The translations under genes and the position numbers were made by a program. This document shows, one piece after another, positions 60,518-64,000 of a stretch of DNA of 64,000 bases. A model generated the notes under the pieces. The model did no database searches, was not told where the DNA came from, and worked only from the letters and a program-made list of their open reading frames with translations. The DNA comes from Hydrolagus colliei. Taxonomy: Eukaryota. Within the stretch, counting starts at the first letter, position 1. Each line of letters opens with the position of its first letter. The stretch is from contig CM068769.1 in NCBI GenBank assembly GCA_035084275.1, positions 1,302,001 through 1,366,000 of the forward strand, in the 5' to 3' direction.

Positions 60518-60830
60518 CGACTTGTTCGTAAACCACAATAATATATGGCAGCGTCAGTGAAAGTGAGACTCGTTATGCTTAATATGGATTGTTTCCGACT
60601 CATGTCAAGCTGTGAAGAAGAGTGACCGTTGGCAACATTTGCAAAGTAAATATTTCCATCAGTAGTCCTGTAGAAAATGTATTGGGGAGCGAATCCTGGG
60701 TAATGTCTGTACCAGTACAGAGCGGCAAAGGACGAGCTGGTGGTATATGAGCAGCTCAGACTCGCTGTGTCTCATTCTTGTTTGCTCAGCCTGAGTATCT
60801 GCTGTCTGACTGAATCTTCCAGCAACACAT
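60518..60830 (-). pseudogene. TCR delta/alpha-type V segment V3 (in-frame stop)
   Basis: After the tgcAG acceptor: VLLEDSVRQQILRLSKQE*DTASLSCSYTTSSSFAALYWYRHYPGFAPQYIFYRTTDGNIYFANVANGHSSSQLDMSRKQSILSITSLTFTDAAIYYCGLRTS, with TGA at 60774-60772. A possible decayed leader near 60960-61000 has an ACG start and a non-GT donor. Confidence 0.9.
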
Positions 60831-61607
60831 CTGCAACCAGATAAAAGGATCAACGTCAAACGTAGTGCTATTATTGTCCAGCTAGACCACTAGCCTCAGA
60901 TGTGAGAAGAAAAACAGAAGGTTCCAGGATAGGACAAACGATTGGGCCAGCTAACTTGGCCAACACACACAAACTAAACAATATGGTGGAAACAATCGTT
61001 TGTTAATTGCCAGATCGCCTTCATGTGGACATTAGCAATTTAAAATTAGGTGCTCACTCAATCCATTTCTGCTTGTCGGATAAAGGACACAAGTTATCAC
61101 CCCTCCAATAAAAGCACAATGATAAAATTGATCATTCCAATCCACGACTGTTTGTGGGGGAGCTGCTGTGCGCAATTGGCTGCCGAGTGTCGCCCAGAAA
61201 TATACAGTCATTTCACTTGACAGTATATTCTGTGAAGCGCTTTGAGAAGTCGACAAAACATGAAAAGCGCAATATGAAATGCAAGGTTTATAATTATTAT
61301 TGAAGCAAGAACTTTCAATCATCTTCAGAAGAAACAGACGTATTATGCATATCCATATGTATTGAAAGGTACACAGCCTCACCTGGTACAAAGCTCAATA
61401 TGAGAAGCGAAGTGATCAAAATTCCCATTGTCGATCCTCTGGAGACGAGCTTTGCACGTGAGTTTTATTATATAAATTGTTTGTAGGCGATTAGGTGTTT
61501 CAGCATCACTTCCGTGAAAGAAAAGCATTGCTTCATGCAACAAGCCATCCGTGTGACACTGTGGTCAGGACGATGTTGCTGTGTTCAGGTTCGATGACTT
61601 CAACAAA

Positions 61608-63930
61608 AGTGAGTGTGTGAGTGAGTGAGTGAGTGAGTGAGTGAGTGAGTGAGTGAGTGACTGACTGAGTGAGTGAGTGAGTGAATGAATGAGTGAGTGA
61701 GTGTGTGAGTATGTGAGTGAGAGTGAGAGAATGAGAGAGTGAGAGAGTGAGAGAGTGTGAGTGAGTGAGTGAGTGAGTGAGAGAGTGAGTGAGTGAGTGA
61801 GAGAGTGAGAGACTGAGAGAGTGAGAGAGTGAGAGATTGAGAGAGTGAGAGAGTGAGTGAGTGAGTGAGTGAGTGAGTGAGTGAGTGAGTGAGTGAGTGA
61901 GTGAGTGAGTGAGTGAGTGAGACTGGTAGGCCCGGAGGGATGAATGGATGAAGCGAGGTAGTGATGCAAGGAGGGAGGGATGGNNNNNNNNNNNNNNNNN
62001 NNNNNNNNNNNNNNNNNNNNNNNNNNNNNNNNNNNNNNNNNNNNNNNNNNNNNNNNNNNNNNNNNNNNNNNNNNNNNNNNNNNNNNNNNNNNNNNNNNNN
62101 NNNNNNNNNNNNNNNNNNNNNNNNNNNNNNNNNNNNNNNNNNNNNNNNNNNNNNNNNNNNNNNNNNNNNNNNNNNNNNNNNNNNNNNNNNNNNNNNNNNN
62201 NNNNNNNNNNNNNNNNNNNNNNNNNNNNAGCGACTGTGCGACTGAGCGAGTGCGTGTTTGTGTGCGTGAGTGACTGAGTGACTGAGTGCGTGACAGAGTG
62301 ACAGAGTGACAGAGTGCGTGACTGCGTGAGTGCGTGAGTGCGTAAATGAGTGTCTGAGTGAGTGAGTGACTGGGCGACTGAGCGACTGAGCGAGGGCGCA
62401 TGTGAATGCGTGAGTGCGTGAGTGAGTGAGTGAGTGAGTGACTGAGTGAGTGAGTGAGTGAGTGAGTGAACGACTGAGCGACAGAGCGACTGTGCGACTG
62501 AGCGAGTGCGTGTGTGAGTGCGTGAGTGACTGAGTGACTGAGTGACTGATTGCGTGACAGAGTGACTGAGTGCGTGACTGCCTGATTGCGTGAGTGCGTG
62601 ACTGAGTGACTGAGTGACTGAGCGACTGGGCGACTGAGCGACTGAGCGAGTGCGCGAGTGAGTGNNNNNNNNNNNNNNNNNNNNNNNNNNNNNNNNNNNN
62701 NNNNNNNNNNNNNNNNNNNNNNNNNNNNNNNNNNNNNNNNNNNNNNNNNNNNNNNNNNNNNNNNNNNNNNNNNNNNNNNNNNNNNNNNNNNNNNNNNNNN
62801 NNNNNNNNNNNNNNNNNNNNNNNNNNNNNNNNNNNNNNNNNNNNNNNNNNNNNNNNNNNNNNNNNNNNNNNNNNNNNNNNNNNNNNNNNNNNNNNNNNNN
62901 NNNNNNNNNNNNNNNNNNNNNNNNNNNNNNNNNNNNNNNNNNNNNNNNNNNNNNNNNNNNNNNNNNNNNNNNNNNNNNNNNNNNNNNNNNNNNNNNNNNN
63001 NNNNNNNNNNNNNNNNNNNNNNNNNNNNNNNNNNNNNNNNNNNNNNNNNNNNNNNNNNNNNNNNNNNNNNNNNNNNNNNNNNNNNNNNNNNNNNNNNNNN
63101 NNNNNNNNNNNNNNNNNNNNNNNNNNNNNNNNNNNNNNNNNNNNNNNNNNNNNNNNNNNNNNNNNNNNNNNNNNNNNNNNNNNNNNNNNNNNNNNNNNNN
63201 NNNNNNNNNNNNNNNNNNNNNNNNNNNNNNNNNNNNNNNNNNNNNNNNNNNNNGTGAGGGAGGCAGGGAGTGAGGGAGGGACGGAGGGACGGAGGGTGAG
63301 TGTAATGGAGGTATAGAGGGAGAGAGGGGAGACGGCGAGAAGGCGGGATGTAGGTAGAGTGGGAGTGGGAAGGATGGTGGAGGGAGGGAACGAGAGCTGG
63401 ATGGAGGGATGGAGGGAGTGATGGAGGGAGGCAGTGAGAGAGGGAGGGAGGGTGGGAGGGAGGGAGGGATGTAGGGTGGGAGGAAGAGACGGAGTGAAGG
63501 AGAGAGGCAGGGATCGAGAGAGGGAGGGTTGGAGTGAGAGACGCAGGGATGAAGCGAGTGAGGGAGGTACGTAGGTAGTTAGGTAGAAAGGGAGGGATGG
63601 ANNNNNNNNNNNNNNNNNNNNNNNNNNNNNNNNNNNNNNNNNNNNNNNNNNNNNNNNNNNNNNNNNNNNNNNNNNNNNNNNNNNNNNNNNNNNNNNNNNN
63701 NNNNNNNNNNNNNNNNNNNNNNNNNNNNNNNNNNNNNNNNNNNNNNNNNNNNNNNNNNNNNNNNNNNNNNNNNNNNNNNNNNNNNNNNNNNNNNNNNNNN
63801 NNNNNNNNNNNNNNNNNNNNNNNNNNNNNNNNNNNNNNNNNNNNNNNNNNNNNNNNNNNNNNNNNNNNNNNNNNNGAGGGAGGGAGGGAGCGAGTGTGGG
63901 AGGGAGAGAGGGAGTAAACATTAAAGGCAA
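61608..63930. repeat. (GAGT)n, (GACTGAGY)n and (GGGA)n arrays with three assembly gaps
   Basis: Direct inspection. The long ORFs in the track here are artefacts of repeats and Ns. Confidence 0.9.
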
Positions 63931-64000
63931 TGAGGGAGCGAGAGGGTAAGCCTGGCAGGGAGCGAGTGTGTGCTAGTGTCAGGTATGTTCTGCATTCGAG

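Noticed and set aside
56668-63930. Long ORFs of 200-776 aa in the ORF track
   Set aside because: They are artefacts of N runs and stop-free microsatellites. The same applies at 37736-38458 and 48195-48683.
1-64000. TCR D, J or C segments, 12-RSS, CRISPR arrays, rRNA
   Set aside because: No 12-spacer RSS with an FGxG frame, no C-domain exon, and no repeat-spacer array or rRNA-like sequence was seen. The sequence is eukaryotic.

Overview
Vertebrate genomic DNA, most likely a cartilaginous fish (inferred from the L2/CR1 LINE and Deu-domain SINE landscape and shark-type gene families; possibly a holocephalan), with several N gaps. Three gene classes are interleaved. (1) Five paralogues of a two-exon, GPR139/GPR142-like class-A GPCR family: two intact (17723-21023 minus; 48874-53028 plus) and three disabled. 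(2) Three T-cell-receptor alpha/delta-type V gene segments, all on the minus strand and each with a 22/23-bp-spacer RSS: one intact (7840-8393) and two pseudogenes (10423-11463; 60518-60830). No D, J or C segment was found. (3) One NACHT-LRR (NLRC3-like) pseudogene. The rest is transposon debris and simple repeats, including a CR1 insertion with a TSD inside a GPCR exon, a 2.6-kb TIR element with a 5-bp TSD, and an internally deleted Gypsy element inside a SINE. The main point of interest is an expanded orphan receptor family, lacking the TM6 and TM7 prolines, embedded among recombining TCR V segments.
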